Shown: in pieces, positions 21,332-32,987 of the stretch
Numbering within the stretch: position 1 is the stretch's first letter
Layout: each line of letters starts with the position of its first letter
Notes under the pieces: model-generated
Seen by the model: only the letters and a program-made list of their open reading frames with translations
Told to the model about the DNA's origin: nothing
Database searches by the model: none
Made by a program: the position numbers and the translations under genes
Source: Marinicella sp.
GTDB taxonomy: Bacteria; Pseudomonadota; Gammaproteobacteria; Xanthomonadales; Marinicellaceae
Assembly: GCA_965230295.1 (NCBI GenBank)
Contig: OZ246001.1
Location: forward strand, 3,944,075 to 4,008,074
Reading direction: 5' to 3'
Length of the DNA stretch: 64,000 nt

Positions 21332-22099
21332 ATGTCCATTCAAATAACCCCCATTCCTGCATTCAATGACAACTATATTTGGCTCTTGCACAATGAAAAA
21401 CATGCCGTGGCTGTAGATCCTGGCGATGCTGAACCTGTTAATAAATTTTTAGCCGACAACAACCTTCAATTAATCCAGATTTTGATCACCCACCACCATT
21501 GGGATCATGTCAATGGACTCGAAGAATTACAAACAATGTGGTCATGTGAAGTTTTTTCACCCAGAGATGAAAGGGTTCCAGGAAACCTAACCCATGTGGA
21601 TGAAGGCGACTTGGTCTATTTGCCAGAATTAGACATCAAATTATCCGTACTCTCTACACCAGGACACACCTCAACCCACATCTGTTACTACAATGACCAG
21701 TGGTTGTTTTGTGGAGACACTTTATTCAGCATGGGTTGTGGTCGCATGTTTGAAGGAACCCCAGAACAGTTCAATACCTCATTAGAAAAGTTGAAAAAAC
21801 TGTCACCTGACACACAGGTATATTGCACCCATGAATACACCTTAAGCAACATCGATTTTGCTTTATCAATTGAACCAAACAACAAAGAAATGGTGGTCTT
21901 AAAAGCTGAAATTAGAAACAAAAGACAAAACAACCAACCAAGCTTGCCAACCACCATGAAACGCGAAACTCAACTCAACCCCTTCCTCAGGACTGAAGAT
22001 GCCAGTTTCCGCCAACTGCTCTCTGATATACGCAAAGTGAACATCAATGACAAAGTGACGTGTTTTGCCATGCTGAGACGATTGAAGGATCATTTTTGA
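21332..22099 (+). CDS. gloB: Hydroxyacylglutathione hydrolase (glyoxalase II)
   Basis: PAFNDNYIW, THHHWDH, TPGHT, FCGDTLF..GCGR, HEYT, NPFLR. Confidence 0.95.
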   Translation: MSIQITPIPAFNDNYIWLLHNEKHAVAVDPGDAEPVNKFLADNNLQLIQILITHHHWDHVNGLEELQTMWSCEVFSPRDERVPGNLTHVDEGDLVYLPELDIKLSVLSTPGHTSTHICYYNDQWLFCGDTLFSMGCGRMFEGTPEQFNTSLEKLKKLSPDTQVYCTHEYTLSNIDFALSIEPNNKEMVVLKAEIRNKRQNNQPSLPTTMKRETQLNPFLRTEDASFRQLLSDIRKVNINDKVTCFAMLRRLKDHF

Positions 22100-22192
22100 T
22101 GGATTGACCTGTGAAACAGTGAATGCCAACAAATGATTGGCCTTATAAATCAAAAAGTTGTATCATTATTATATAGTTTTTTAACCCAAATA

Positions 22193-24742
22193 ATGAAAGC
22201 TTACCTAGTCATAGTTACCACACTGTTGTTACTTTTGATCGAGTATCCTGCTTACTCGCAAACACTAAAAAAAACATACAGAATTGGTTACTTTGATACC
22301 CCTCCACTGACCTTCCGTAATTCCACGCAAAATAAACCGGATGGTTTGGCCATTGAAATTTTGAATGAAATTGCTAAAGAGCACGGCTTCACGATTGATT
22401 GGGTCTACGGCGATTTTCCCGATTTAATGGTGCTGATGAAAACACAGCGGCTGGACGCTTTGCCATCACTCGGGTACTCAGCCCAAAGAAGTGAGTTTTT
22501 GGACTACCCCAAAGTCAACTTTTCCAATGTTTGGGGTCAGGTCTTTTTATCGAATGATTCTAAAATAGAAAGTTTGTTTGATTTGGAAGGCAAGACCATT
22601 GCTTTATTAGAAAATGGCGTCAATGGCTTAAATTTCATCAACCAATGTGAACAATTCGAGGTCAATTGTCAATTTGTCTATGGCAAAAGTTACCAGGAAG
22701 TGTTTCAAATGGTTGCTGATAAATCCGCCGATGCTGCCGTTTCAAATAATCTTGCTGGCTTGGATTTACAGCAGGAATATAACTTATTGATCAGCAGCAT
22801 TATTTTCAACCCCTTCAAAGTTTTTGTCACAGTACCCAAAGGAACCAATGCTGACTTTTTAGCGGCCTACGATCAATCAATGAGTGCTTGGAAACAACAA
22901 CCTGACTCGTTTTATTACCAGACCAGACTGAAATGGACTGTTGCCAAAGAAGACAATGTGGTGCCTTTTTGGATCTGGTATTCAATCATGGGACTGATGT
23001 TATTTGGTGTGGTGGCCGGTGTGGCAGCATTTTTGTTTAAACTCCAAGTCAAACGTCGCGTAACAGAGCTTTCACAACGAGAAATTCAACTGAATCAAAT
23101 CATCAACATCGTTCCACACATGATATTTGCCAATGACTATGATGGAAAAATAATTTTAGCCAATGAAAATGCCTGTCAATTCTTAGGCATTGATGATGAA
23201 GATGTTAAAGCCAAAAACATTTATACCATCCTGAAAGCAAACAGTAATTTTGAAAATTTAATCAGCTATACCACTTCATCAAATCCATTCAACACTGAAA
23301 TCGAAGTCAAGGATTCTAATGGGAAACCCTTGACATTGATGATGTCCAAAGTGCCCTATTCAGGACGGCAAAACCTGGAACCTGCCATGGTAACTGTAGG
23401 CGTTGACATCACCCAGGTTAAGGCCTATGAAGAAGAAATTTTGTACTTAGCACATTATGATTCACTGACTGGACTGCCGAACAGAGAGTTGTTAAAAGAC
23501 CGACTGAAATCTTCATTGGCCCGCGCCAAGCAATTCAGTCATGTGGGCGGCATTTTGCACATAGATTTGGATAACTTCAAAAGCATCAATGACTCAAAAG
23601 GTCATAAAGTGGGTGATAAATTGATTAAGAAGGTTGCCTTACGAATCAAATCTTGTGTCAGCCCTGGTGATACCATAGCCCGTCTGGGTGGAGATGAGTT
23701 CATCATTGAATTACCTGAACTTAAAAATGATCTGATCACCGCTGAAAAACAAGCCATAGAAATGGCTGTGACTGTTTTGAAAAAGTTGAAACAGCCCATC
23801 GAAATTGAGGGCAATCATTACCACATAACCGCCAGTGTCGGCCTGGTTATTTACCCTCGTGATGGTGAAAACCAGTCCATTCTGTTACAACGGGCAGATA
23901 CTGCCATGTATGAAGCCAAGATCAAGGGCCGAAATCGAATCCAGGTGTTTGAAGAAGGGATTGAATCCAGGGTCAAAAAGAACCATCAACTTGAAAACGA
24001 CTTACGGCTGGCCCTACAGAACAAAGAAATAAGTATCCTCTACCAACCGGTGGTGGATGCTCAGTCAGAAACCATTGTAGGCTCAGAAATTTTGTTGCGT
24101 TGGCAGCACCCAACTGAAGGAGAAATCATGCCTACAGATTTCATTCCTATAGCCGAACAAGCTCAGTTAATCTTAAAAATAGGCTATTGGACCATCGAAG
24201 AGGCTTGTAAACAAATCATAAAATGGAAGCAGGATGCTGAAAAGCCATTTTTTGTGGCTGTCAACTTATCTGTCATTCAAATCAGAGACAGGAATTTTTT
24301 GAAGAAAGTAACCAATTTGATTCATCAATATCAAATCCCCAACAACTACCTCGAATTTGAGGTGACCGAATCGATATTGCTCAGTGACAGTCAGCGTTCT
24401 ATCGAAATCATCAATCAATTGAAGTTATTAGGCATCAAACTATCCATCGATGATTTTGGTACAGGGTATTCTTCTTTTGATTACATCAGGAAATTACCAT
24501 TAGATAAAATCAAGATCGACAAATCGTTCATTACCGATGTTCCTAATGACAACAGCAGCACCACCATTGTAAAAACCATCTTAAACATGGCGGAAGAAAT
24601 GCAGCTCGAAGTGGTGGCAGAAGGTGTTGAAACGGCGGCGCAAATTGAATTCTTGAAACAGCACCACTGCCAGTACTTCCAAGGGTTTTATTTCTCAAAA
24701 CCCAAAACCATTGATCAGTTGATGGTCAATTATAAATTCTAA
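22193..24742 (+). CDS. PBP-PAS-GGDEF-EAL c-di-GMP signalling protein
   Basis: Periplasmic binding domain, TM, PAS-like segment, RLGGDEF, EILLRW (EAL variant), IDDFGTGYSS, VAEGVE. Start could be 22133. Confidence 0.9.
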   Translation: MKAYLVIVTTLLLLLIEYPAYSQTLKKTYRIGYFDTPPLTFRNSTQNKPDGLAIEILNEIAKEHGFTIDWVYGDFPDLMVLMKTQRLDALPSLGYSAQRSEFLDYPKVNFSNVWGQVFLSNDSKIESLFDLEGKTIALLENGVNGLNFINQCEQFEVNCQFVYGKSYQEVFQMVADKSADAAVSNNLAGLDLQQEYNLLISSIIFNPFKVFVTVPKGTNADFLAAYDQSMSAWKQQPDSFYYQTRLKWTVAKEDNVVPFWIWYSIMGLMLFGVVAGVAAFLFKLQVKRRVTELSQREIQLNQIINIVPHMIFANDYDGKIILANENACQFLGIDDEDVKAKNIYTILKANSNFENLISYTTSSNPFNTEIEVKDSNGKPLTLMMSKVPYSGRQNLEPAMVTVGVDITQVKAYEEEILYLAHYDSLTGLPNRELLKDRLKSSLARAKQFSHVGGILHIDLDNFKSINDSKGHKVGDKLIKKVALRIKSCVSPGDTIARLGGDEFIIELPELKNDLITAEKQAIEMAVTVLKKLKQPIEIEGNHYHITASVGLVIYPRDGENQSILLQRADTAMYEAKIKGRNRIQVFEEGIESRVKKNHQLENDLRLALQNKEISILYQPVVDAQSETIVGSEILLRWQHPTEGEIMPTDFIPIAEQAQLILKIGYWTIEEACKQIIKWKQDAEKPFFVAVNLSVIQIRDRNFLKKVTNLIHQYQIPNNYLEFEVTESILLSDSQRSIEIINQLKLLGIKLSIDDFGTGYSSFDYIRKLPLDKIKIDKSFITDVPNDNSSTTIVKTILNMAEEMQLEVVAEGVETAAQIEFLKQHHCQYFQGFYFSKPKTIDQLMVNYKF

Positions 24743-24746
24743 AACT

Positions 24747-25523
24747 TTATTTTTTCAGTGGTGGTTGCTGACGTTCAAAGACCCAGTCTGAATTATTGGA
24801 TAAATTTTCTCGGTATTGATATCCATCAATATTCATTGCTTTGATTTCATCTTGCGAAGTGACTTGATTGTTGATGATGGTTCGAGCCATCAAACCCCTG
24901 GCTTGTTTGGCATAAAATCCAATGGTGCGGGTTTTTCCGGCTTTGGTGTCTTTAAAATTGATGTTAATTACTTCAGCTTCAAGATTTTTTGGTTTAATGG
25001 CTTTTGAGTATTCATTGGAGGTCAGGTTGACCACAAAATCCTCTTTACCAAGTTCCTTATTGGCGATTTGAGTGATTTCATCTCCCCAAAATTGATACAG
25101 ATTCTCACCTTTGGGATTGCTGAGCTTGGTTTTCATTTCTAATCGATAAGGCAAGATCAAATCCATCGGTTTTAAATAACCATACAAGCCAGATAAAATC
25201 CTCAGATGCTTTTGGGCATATTGCCAGTCACCCGCTGACATGGATTCTGCATCCAGGCCTAAATATACATCACCCTTGAATGCCAAAGCAGCTTGCTTTG
25301 CCACACCTAATTTGAGTGGCGTTTTGAATGTTTGGTAGCGCTGGTGGTTAAGTTCAGCCAAATTGTCACTGACAGACATCAACTGAGCAATTTGCTGAGG
25401 TTGGTAGGCCTTGAGTTCTTTGACCAATACTTTTGCTTGGCTTAAAAGGGCTGGTTGGCTGTATTCAGACAATTCATTGGGCGAAAAGTCTTGGCCTTTT
25501 GAGGGAGATAATAAAATAATCAT
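24747..25523 (-). CDS. yaaA: Peroxide stress protein YaaA
   Basis: [46 protein letters not shown]. Confidence 0.92.
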   Translation of the reverse strand: MIILLSPSKGQDFSPNELSEYSQPALLSQAKVLVKELKAYQPQQIAQLMSVSDNLAELNHQRYQTFKTPLKLGVAKQAALAFKGDVYLGLDAESMSAGDWQYAQKHLRILSGLYGYLKPMDLILPYRLEMKTKLSNPKGENLYQFWGDEITQIANKELGKEDFVVNLTSNEYSKAIKPKNLEAEVININFKDTKAGKTRTIGFYAKQARGLMARTIINNQVTSQDEIKAMNIDGYQYRENLSNNSDWVFERQQPPLKK

Positions 25524-26779
25524 GTTAATTCATCCAATGTGTCGATCAAAGTATTTGTTATGTGGGTTAATTCATCAGCTTCAATGATAAATGGCGGCAT
25601 CATATAGATTAAATTCATGAATGGTCTGATCCATACACCTCGCTTCACCATCAATTCTTGTAACGGGTGCCAATCCCTGGATTCAAAGAGCTCTACCACA
25701 CCAATCGCACCCAATATCCGAACTTCCTTAACAGCAGGATTCAAGCTCAATGGGCTTAATTCATCATTAAGTTGTCTTTCTATCGACGCCACTTTATTTT
25801 GCCAGTCGCTCTCCAGTAACAACTCAATGCTGGCTGCTGCCGCAGCACATGCCAATGGGTTGGCCATGAACGTGGGGCCATGCATGAAGTGAGTTCCAAT
25901 ACCATTGGCAACTTTACGGTTACAAAGAACCGCAGCCAGTGTCATGTATCCACCTGTTAACGACTTTCCCAGACACATGATATCCGGAGCCACATCAGCG
26001 TGTTGATAGGCAAACATCTTCCCTGTTCTGCCAAATCCAGTGGCAATTTCATCAAAAATTAACAACACACCATATTGATCGCACAGTGCCCTTACTTTTT
26101 GTAAATAAACAGGTGAGTAAAAATTCATGCCACCCGCTCCTTGAACAATGGGCTCAAAGATCACTGCAATGATGGATTCATGGTTGACCATCAAAGCCTG
26201 TTCAAAGTCTTCGATATATTGATCGTTCCATGCATCATTAAAACCACAAGATGGGGAATCAATGAAAATATGTTGGTTCAACAAGCGATTGAACTTATGG
26301 TGCATGCCTGTCACTGGATCACAAACCGACATGGCACCAAAAGTATCTCCGTGGTAACCTTTAGAAAATGTCAAAAATTGTTTTTTTTCATGCAACCCTT
26401 GTTCAAAACAATATTGGGCAGCCATTTTCATCGCCACTTCCACTGCCACGGATCCCGAGTCTGCAAAAAACACAGCATCTAAAGACTCATGGGTCAGATC
26501 AAGCAGCTGTTTACCCAACTTAATGGCAGGTTCGTGGGTTAAGCCACCAAACATCACATGTGACATTTTTGACAGTTGGTCAGTAACCGCCTGATTCAAC
26601 CTGGGGTGATTATAGCCATGAATGCAACACCACCACGAAGACATGGCATCAATCAGTTGAGTACCGTCTTCCAAATGAAGATGGACACCATCGGCTTTCG
26701 CAACCGGATACGTTTTTGTCGGTTGCGTAATACTGGTGTATGGGTGCCATAAATGGGCTTGGTCAAATTGAAGGTCCAT
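25520..26779 (-). CDS. bioA: Adenosylmethionine--8-amino-7-oxononanoate transaminase
   Basis: [64 protein letters not shown]. Confidence 0.95.
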   Translation of the reverse strand: MDLQFDQAHLWHPYTSITQPTKTYPVAKADGVHLHLEDGTQLIDAMSSWWCCIHGYNHPRLNQAVTDQLSKMSHVMFGGLTHEPAIKLGKQLLDLTHESLDAVFFADSGSVAVEVAMKMAAQYCFEQGLHEKKQFLTFSKGYHGDTFGAMSVCDPVTGMHHKFNRLLNQHIFIDSPSCGFNDAWNDQYIEDFEQALMVNHESIIAVIFEPIVQGAGGMNFYSPVYLQKVRALCDQYGVLLIFDEIATGFGRTGKMFAYQHADVAPDIMCLGKSLTGGYMTLAAVLCNRKVANGIGTHFMHGPTFMANPLACAAAAASIELLLESDWQNKVASIERQLNDELSPLSLNPAVKEVRILGAIGVVELFESRDWHPLQELMVKRGVWIRPFMNLIYMMPPFIIEADELTHITNTLIDTLDELT

Positions 26780-26780
26780 G

Positions 26781-27236
26781 TCATTCAATCACAGTTTTGA
26801 TGTAATCTGTGTCAAAACCGCGGCGATATAAAAAACCTTGTCGCCTGGCTTTTTCTCGGTAGTCTTGAAAGTCAACACCCTTGTATTTCTTCTCATACAC
26901 TTGAACAATCAGATCGTAAAAATTGATTTTGGCTTCAGACTTGGCTTGTTTGATGGTTTTAACGGCCACTCCTTTTTGTGCCAACTCTCTGGCAATCCGT
27001 GTGGGACCATAGCCTTTGTTTGAACGGCTGCGCCAATATGACTCGGCAAATCGAAAATCTGAAATCAGGTTTTCATTCAACAAATCTAAAATCAAATGAT
27101 CAACTAAATCCGGGTCATGTTTTTTGTTGATTAATTTAGCCCGCAACTCCTCACAAGAGTGTTCACGCATGGCCAAACTACCCAAAGCTGAGGCACGTGC
27201 CCGTGCCTCAGGGGTGTATTTCTTGTCTACAGTCAT
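26781..27236 (-). CDS. recX: Regulatory protein RecX
   Basis: REHS..EL..KL, D.RFAE, GYGP.RI..EL..KGV, FL.RRGF; directly downstream of recA. Confidence 0.9.
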   Translation of the reverse strand: MTVDKKYTPEARARASALGSLAMREHSCEELRAKLINKKHDPDLVDHLILDLLNENLISDFRFAESYWRSRSNKGYGPTRIARELAQKGVAVKTIKQAKSEAKINFYDLIVQVYEKKYKGVDFQDYREKARRQGFLYRRGFDTDYIKTVIE

Positions 27237-28315
27237 CAACCCTCAAAAGGATCTATGTCTGCAGTTTCCTTACTTTCTTCCACATCTTCTGGTTTAGGTA
27301 ACAGAATGTCTCTCAACTTTTGCTCTAATTCTGCGGCATGTTCCGGGTGATCTTTGAAATACTGTTTCGAATTTTCTTTGCCTTGACCAATTCTGATATC
27401 TCCATAACTGTACCAGGCACCAGCTTTAGTCACCAAATCATGAGCCACACCCAAGTCAATCAATTCACCCAGTAAAGAGATACCTTGTCCATAAAGAATT
27501 TCAAACTGTACTTGTTTGAATGGAGGCGCCATTTTATTTTTGACCACTTTCACGCGGGTGTCATTACCAATGACTTCATCGCCTTTCTTAATGGCACCAA
27601 TCCTTCTGATGTCTAACCGGACAGATGAATAGAATTTCAATGCATTTCCGCCAGTGGTCGTCTCTGGGCTGCCAAACATCACACCAATTTTCATTCTTAT
27701 TTGGTTGATGAATATCACCATGCAATTGGTGCGTTTAATGTTTCCAGTCAGTTTACGTAAAGCCTGGGACATCAACCGGGCTTGCAATCCCATGTGAGAA
27801 TCTCCCATATCTCCTTCAATTTCAGCTTTGGGTGTTAAGGCCGCCACGGAATCCACCACAATCATGTCTACAGCATTGGAGCGCACCAGCATGTCACAAA
27901 TTTCTAATGCCTCTTCACCGGTGTCAGGTTGTGACACCAATAAATCATCAATATTGACGCCCAATTTGGCGGCATAAGTGGGGTCTAAAGCATGTTCAGC
28001 GTCAATGAATGCAGCCGTTCCACCCTTTTTCTGGCACTCAGCCACGGCATGCAAGGTTAAAGTGGTTTTACCACTGGACTCCGGGCCGTAGATTTCCACC
28101 ACACGGCCTCGTGGTAATCCGCCAATTCCCAAGGCCACATCAAGCCCCAAAGAACCAGTTGAATACACATCAGTGGTTAAGGCTTGGTTATCACCCATAC
28201 GCATCACAGACCCTTTACCAAATTGTTTTTCGATCTGTCCTAGGGCTGCTGCCAATGCTTTTTTCTTGTTGTCATCCACTTTATTTTGCTCCACAAGTTT
28301 TAAGTTATTTTTCAT
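27236..28315 (-). CDS. recA: Recombinase RecA
   Basis: [40 protein letters not shown]. Confidence 0.98.
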   Translation of the reverse strand: MKNNLKLVEQNKVDDNKKKALAAALGQIEKQFGKGSVMRMGDNQALTTDVYSTGSLGLDVALGIGGLPRGRVVEIYGPESSGKTTLTLHAVAECQKKGGTAAFIDAEHALDPTYAAKLGVNIDDLLVSQPDTGEEALEICDMLVRSNAVDMIVVDSVAALTPKAEIEGDMGDSHMGLQARLMSQALRKLTGNIKRTNCMVIFINQIRMKIGVMFGSPETTTGGNALKFYSSVRLDIRRIGAIKKGDEVIGNDTRVKVVKNKMAPPFKQVQFEILYGQGISLLGELIDLGVAHDLVTKAGAWYSYGDIRIGQGKENSKQYFKDHPEHAAELEQKLRDILLPKPEDVEESKETADIDPFEG

Positions 28316-28505
28316 GATATAGCCTCTTATTATCGCATGTAATGAAGTTCGAAAAAATCAGTAAATTCTGATGAATGTGTCAATATTTTCCGAGTTACTG
28401 AGCATTATCAATGATTTATTCTCAAAACTTGAGAATGTAGATTTTTTAATTTTTTTTATGCCACTTTGTTAGAATGTAGCGTTTGACAATAAACCCAATC
28501 TTGCC

Positions 28506-31049
28506 ATGGCAAAAAGCACTCAACACACCCCCATGATGCAACAGTTTTTAAAAATTAAAGCTGACTATCAAGACATGCTGTTGTTTTATCGGATGGGTGA
28601 CTTCTATGAGTTGTTTTTTGATGATGCCATCCAAGCAGCTAAACTATTGGACATCACCCTCACCCACCGTGGTAAATCAAACGGTGACCCCATCCCTATG
28701 TGCGGCGTGCCATTCCATGCAGCTGATAATTACTTGGCAAAATTGGTTAAACAAGGGTTGTCTGTTGCCATCTGTGAGCAAACCGGCGACCCAGCCACCA
28801 GCAAAGGTCCTGTGGAAAGACAAGTCAAAAGAATTCTGACGCCAGGTACAGTCACCGAAGAAGCTCTGATGGATGCGCACAAAGAAAACTTATTGTTGGC
28901 CATTCACAGCAACTCACGTGGTTATGGTTTAGCCTATTTGTCATTGGGTAATGGTGCATTCAAAGTACAGCAAATGGAAGACATGGGTACTTTAGAGGCG
29001 CAACTGACTCGATTGAGCCCCAATGAAGTGTTGCTGTCAGAAAACAGCGACCTGAATCAACAACTCAAACCATTCAATTGCATCCAACGTCCCGCGTGGG
29101 ATTTTGACCCTGAATCAGCTCAACACGCCATCAAAAGAACTTACCAAGTTCATGATTTGGAAGGTTTTGGCATCAGTGAATCTGATGTATTTTTGCCTGC
29201 GATTGGCGCATTGTTGCAATATGTTTCACACACCCAAAAAACAGAATTACAACATTTACAAAACATCCAAGTTGAGTATCTGGACCATTGTCTTCACATC
29301 GATGCACAATCCAGAAAAAATTTAGAAATTGATCATCACCCTGACGGCAAAGATGAGTTAACCCTCTGTGGATTCATTGATCAATGCGCCACAGCGATGG
29401 GATCAAGGAAGGTCAGGAGCTGGGTCAAACAACCCTTGAGAGACAGGCGCATTTTGAATCAACGTCTTGAAGGCATTGAATCACTGATCACATCGGCACA
29501 AACCAGTGTCATCCAAAATCAATTGAAAGGCATATCTGACATTGAAAGGATTGTTACACGCATCAGCTTATTGACGGCCAGACCCCGGGACTTGGTGGCA
29601 TTGCGGTCATCTTTATCAGCAGTCAATGATTTACAAATCACCTTAAAAGATCTTGATTCGAAGCCATTAAAACATGTGACAGATTACCTCAACCCACATG
29701 AGGACATATATAACTTGTTAATGAAGGCCATTAAGGAGAACCCTCCTGTGGTTATCAGAGATGGCGGTGTGCTGGCAGATGGATACGATTCTGATCTGGA
29801 CGAGTTGCGCAACATCAGTACCGATGCCGGTCAATACATGTTGGATTTCGAAACAGAACAACAGACTGTATCTGGCATCAATTCATTGAAAGTAGGCTAT
29901 AACCGAGTTCATGGTTACTTTATAGAGGTATCAAAACTCCACAGTGACAAAGTGCCAGAACACTACATTAGAAGACAAACCCTCAAAGCAGTCGAACGGT
30001 ACACCACACCTGAACTGAAACAGTTCGAACAGAAAGTATTGTCCAGTAAAGAAAAATCATTGGCACACGAAAAAGAACTGTATATGAAGCTTTTGGAGGG
30101 CTTTTCACCACACATCACATCCTTGCAATCGTTGGCTGATGCCATCAGCGAATTGGATGCCTTGGCCAACCTGGCAGAAAGGGCCACCACCCATCAATTC
30201 TGTAAACCGGCGTTGAGTCATGAGCGGGTGATTGATATCAAACAAGGACGTCATCCAGTGGTTGAAACCATTCAAGACACACCTTTTGAGCCCAACGACT
30301 TGGTCATGAATGATAACCAGAAGATGCTGATTATTACAGGCCCAAACATGGGTGGTAAATCCACCTATATGAGGCAATCAGCGATCATAGTATTGTTGGC
30401 TTCAATCGGCAGCTATGTCCCTGCTCAATCTGCTGTCATTGGTGACATTGATCGGATATTCACAAGAATTGGCGCAGGTGATGACTTAACTCGTGGACGT
30501 TCAACATTCATGGTAGAGATGTCTGAAACGGCCACTATATTACACAATGCCACACCGCATTCCCTGGTTTTGATGGATGAGATAGGCCGTGGTACCAGTA
30601 CCTATGACGGGTTATCATTGGCTCATGCTTGTGCTGTACATTTGGCACAAGTCAACCAATCTTTTTGTCTGTTTGCCACGCATTATTTTGAAATCACTGC
30701 TCTAGAAGAACAAATTGACACCATCAGGAATGTTCATTTAAATGCTGTTGAACATGGTGACAGTATTGTATTTTTGCATACCGTTAAATCGGGTGCAGCC
30801 AACAAGAGTTATGGCTTACAAGTGGCCGCACTGGCAGGATTACCTGCTGCGACTTTGAAAAATGCAAAAAGTTACCTGCAACACTTAGAAAATCAACCCA
30901 CTGACCAACAGCCGCTCCAATACTCACTATTTCAAGAAGAGGTTGTTGAGGTTTCTAAAGCTGAAAAAAAATTGAGTGGCATTAATCCTGATGACTTGAC
31001 CGCCAAACAAGCCCTGGACCTGATTTACCAACTGAAAAAAATGCTGTGA
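28506..31049 (+). CDS. mutS: DNA mismatch repair protein MutS
   Basis: [55 protein letters not shown]. Confidence 0.98.
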   Translation: MAKSTQHTPMMQQFLKIKADYQDMLLFYRMGDFYELFFDDAIQAAKLLDITLTHRGKSNGDPIPMCGVPFHAADNYLAKLVKQGLSVAICEQTGDPATSKGPVERQVKRILTPGTVTEEALMDAHKENLLLAIHSNSRGYGLAYLSLGNGAFKVQQMEDMGTLEAQLTRLSPNEVLLSENSDLNQQLKPFNCIQRPAWDFDPESAQHAIKRTYQVHDLEGFGISESDVFLPAIGALLQYVSHTQKTELQHLQNIQVEYLDHCLHIDAQSRKNLEIDHHPDGKDELTLCGFIDQCATAMGSRKVRSWVKQPLRDRRILNQRLEGIESLITSAQTSVIQNQLKGISDIERIVTRISLLTARPRDLVALRSSLSAVNDLQITLKDLDSKPLKHVTDYLNPHEDIYNLLMKAIKENPPVVIRDGGVLADGYDSDLDELRNISTDAGQYMLDFETEQQTVSGINSLKVGYNRVHGYFIEVSKLHSDKVPEHYIRRQTLKAVERYTTPELKQFEQKVLSSKEKSLAHEKELYMKLLEGFSPHITSLQSLADAISELDALANLAERATTHQFCKPALSHERVIDIKQGRHPVVETIQDTPFEPNDLVMNDNQKMLIITGPNMGGKSTYMRQSAIIVLLASIGSYVPAQSAVIGDIDRIFTRIGAGDDLTRGRSTFMVEMSETATILHNATPHSLVLMDEIGRGTSTYDGLSLAHACAVHLAQVNQSFCLFATHYFEITALEEQIDTIRNVHLNAVEHGDSIVFLHTVKSGAANKSYGLQVAALAGLPAATLKNAKSYLQHLENQPTDQQPLQYSLFQEEVVEVSKAEKKLSGINPDDLTAKQALDLIYQLKKML

Positions 31050-31070
31050 TTGATAATTGAATTGATTTTC

Positions 31071-31102
31071 GATAACAAGGTCTTTAAAAAGACCTTGTTA
31101 TC
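31071..31102. terminator. Perfect 15-bp inverted repeat between convergent mutS and tonB-like gene (likely terminator)
   Basis: GATAACAAGGTCTTT-AA-AAAGACCTTGTTATC. Confidence 0.7.
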
Positions 31103-31119
31103 AATAACTTATAAATACC

Positions 31120-32091
31120 TTATAACGAAAATTCTACTTTGTAAATTCGAGTGATGTTCTCTGTGATTCCATACTCGCTCGGCGGATTAAATAACCATTT
31201 ATTGACTGATTGAACAGCCGGTTTGCCAAACAACCGCCCTCTTCTCGAGTACTTAACAGGAGATGCAGACACCACCTTGCCTGAAGGGTCAATGGTCACT
31301 TCAACATCCACCCAGCCTTCCAAGTTGTCCATCGCTGCTTTAACTGGATATTGAACCGGTTCACGCTTTAAAATTCCCCATTGATAATTTGCTTGTTCAG
31401 CGGCTGCTCCTGCTGTATCAATCACTTCAGCACTGGCAGGTGGCTCAACAGAAGCAAGGCTTTGCTCAATGGGTATGTTGATGGTGGATTCTGCGGCCAA
31501 TCGTTCTGCTTCCAATTGCTCTGCTGCCAATCGTTCTGCTTCTAACTGCTCTGCTGCCAAACGCTCAGCTTCCAATTGCTCAGCTGCCAACCGTTCTGCT
31601 TCTAATTGCTCTGCTGCCAACCGCTCTGCTTCCAATTGCTCAGCTGCCAACCGTTCTGCTTCTAATTGTTCTGCTGCCAACCGTTCTGCTGCCAACCGCT
31701 CTGCTTCTAATTGCTCTGCTGCCAACCGTTCTGCTTCTAACTGCTCTGCCGCCAACCGCTCTGCTTCTAATTGTTCTGCAGCCAACCTTTCAGCATCTTG
31801 ATTCTCCGAATTTTCTGCTTTTACTGCAATCGTATCATTGATGGGTAAATCGATTTCAATTTGGGGTTTTTCTTGCAACCCAAATTCTGACATATCTAAC
31901 TCAATATCATTGTCTATTTCAGACTTGAATTCAGGCTTACTGAGGTCTGCAGCCTTGGTTCTTTCTGGTAATCCAGCTGACCAACTAGGCCTCTTGGTAG
32001 GTTCAGGTGCATCTTTATCGTCCTCGTTTTGGGCAAGAACAGTAGAAGTTGCACACAACAGTGACAATCCAGCAATCAATTTATGTAACAT
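31120..32091 (-). CDS. TonB C-terminal domain protein with signal peptide and TolA-like helical repeat
   Basis: C-terminal PVQYPVKA...[17 protein letters not shown]...[10 protein letters not shown] (TonB_C); N-terminal signal peptide; ([10 protein letters not shown])n linker. Confidence 0.8.
   Translation of the reverse strand: MLHKLIAGLSLLCATSTVLAQNEDDKDAPEPTKRPSWSAGLPERTKAADLSKPEFKSEIDNDIELDMSEFGLQEKPQIEIDLPINDTIAVKAENSENQDAERLAAEQLEAERLAAEQLEAERLAAEQLEAERLAAERLAAEQLEAERLAAEQLEAERLAAEQLEAERLAAEQLEAERLAAEQLEAERLAAEQLEAERLAAESTINIPIEQSLASVEPPASAEVIDTAGAAAEQANYQWGILKREPVQYPVKAAMDNLEGWVDVEVTIDPSGKVVSASPVKYSRRGRLFGKPAVQSVNKWLFNPPSEYGITENITRIYKVEFSL
31489..31795 (-). repeat. Intragenic 30-bp tandem repeat encoding [10 protein letters not shown] (~10 units, one half unit)
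   Basis: Repeating gccaaccgttctgcttctaattgctctgct with synonymous variation; translation gives 3 units, AERLA, 6 units, then AERLAAE. Confidence 0.95.
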
Positions 32092-32176
32092 TTTTTATCT
32101 CGAGAATAACGCTTACAGTAAATATTTTAACGACTGGTTCACAATTATCAATATTTTTAAAATTAATTCTTGATTT

Positions 32177-32971
32177 TTACCAATTTATATTTTCTTTGTT
32201 CAAAAAAGCATTTAAGCCTTTTTGACCCTCAGCCGACACCCGAACAGCTGCGATCACTTGTGTGGTGTATTCATCAATTTTCTTCTGCTGAGGTAAGGTG
32301 CGTCCAACCACTGACATGACCAGTTTTTTACTGATTTCTTTGGCATTAGGTCCGGTTGCAGCTAAAAGATCAAGCTGTGTGTTGACCCAGTTGTCCACCT
32401 CTTCCGCAGCCAAAACTTCAGAAACAATTCCCATATTCTTGGCTCGTTCAGCATCAAAAATTTCAGCTGATTGGAAATATCTGCGCGCTTTTCTGGTGCC
32501 AATGGCGTCAATGACGTAAGGGGAAATCACCGCTGGAACCAATCCCAGCTTAGCTTCCGTTAAGCCAAATTTAGCCCCATTTTCAGCCACAACCATGTCA
32601 CAACAACACGCCAGGCCTACGCCGCCGCCTAAGGCCAGGCCTTGAATGCGGGCAATGGTTGCTTTGGCATTGAAGTTAATGGTGCGCATCAATGCGGCCA
32701 GTTTTTCAGAGTCTTCTTTGTTTTCTGACTCTGTGGCCTGAGCCATACCTTTCATCCAATTGACATCAGCCCCAGCAGAAAACGATTTACCTGCTGCTTG
32801 CAACACAATGACTTGTACAGAACTGTCTTCATTGAGTTTATTGAACACTTGCGTTAACTCATCAATCATTTGTGCATTGAATGCATTGTGCACTTCTGGT
32901 CGATTCATGGTCACATAGGCAACACCCGTTTTATGTGTTTTAAGCTGTATGGTTTTGTAAGTATTGAACAT
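32177..32971 (-). CDS. liuC: Methylglutaconyl-CoA hydratase (enoyl-CoA hydratase family)
   Basis: NRPEVHNAFN, SFSAGAD, ALGGGVGL, FGLTEAKLGLVPAVISPYV; follows the MCC beta subunit. Confidence 0.82.
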   Translation of the reverse strand: MFNTYKTIQLKTHKTGVAYVTMNRPEVHNAFNAQMIDELTQVFNKLNEDSSVQVIVLQAAGKSFSAGADVNWMKGMAQATESENKEDSEKLAALMRTINFNAKATIARIQGLALGGGVGLACCCDMVVAENGAKFGLTEAKLGLVPAVISPYVIDAIGTRKARRYFQSAEIFDAERAKNMGIVSEVLAAEEVDNWVNTQLDLLAATGPNAKEISKKLVMSVVGRTLPQQKKIDEYTTQVIAAVRVSAEGQKGLNAFLNKENINW

Positions 32972-32987
32972 ATAAATTCCTCTTAAA

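Noticed and set aside
31489-31795. 30-bp periodic repeat as a possible CRISPR array
   Set aside because: There are no unique spacers or cas genes. It is an in-frame coding repeat with synonymous variation.
31469-31801. Plus-strand ORF ([10 protein letters not shown])n
   Set aside because: It is the antisense shadow of the coding repeat in the TonB-like gene.
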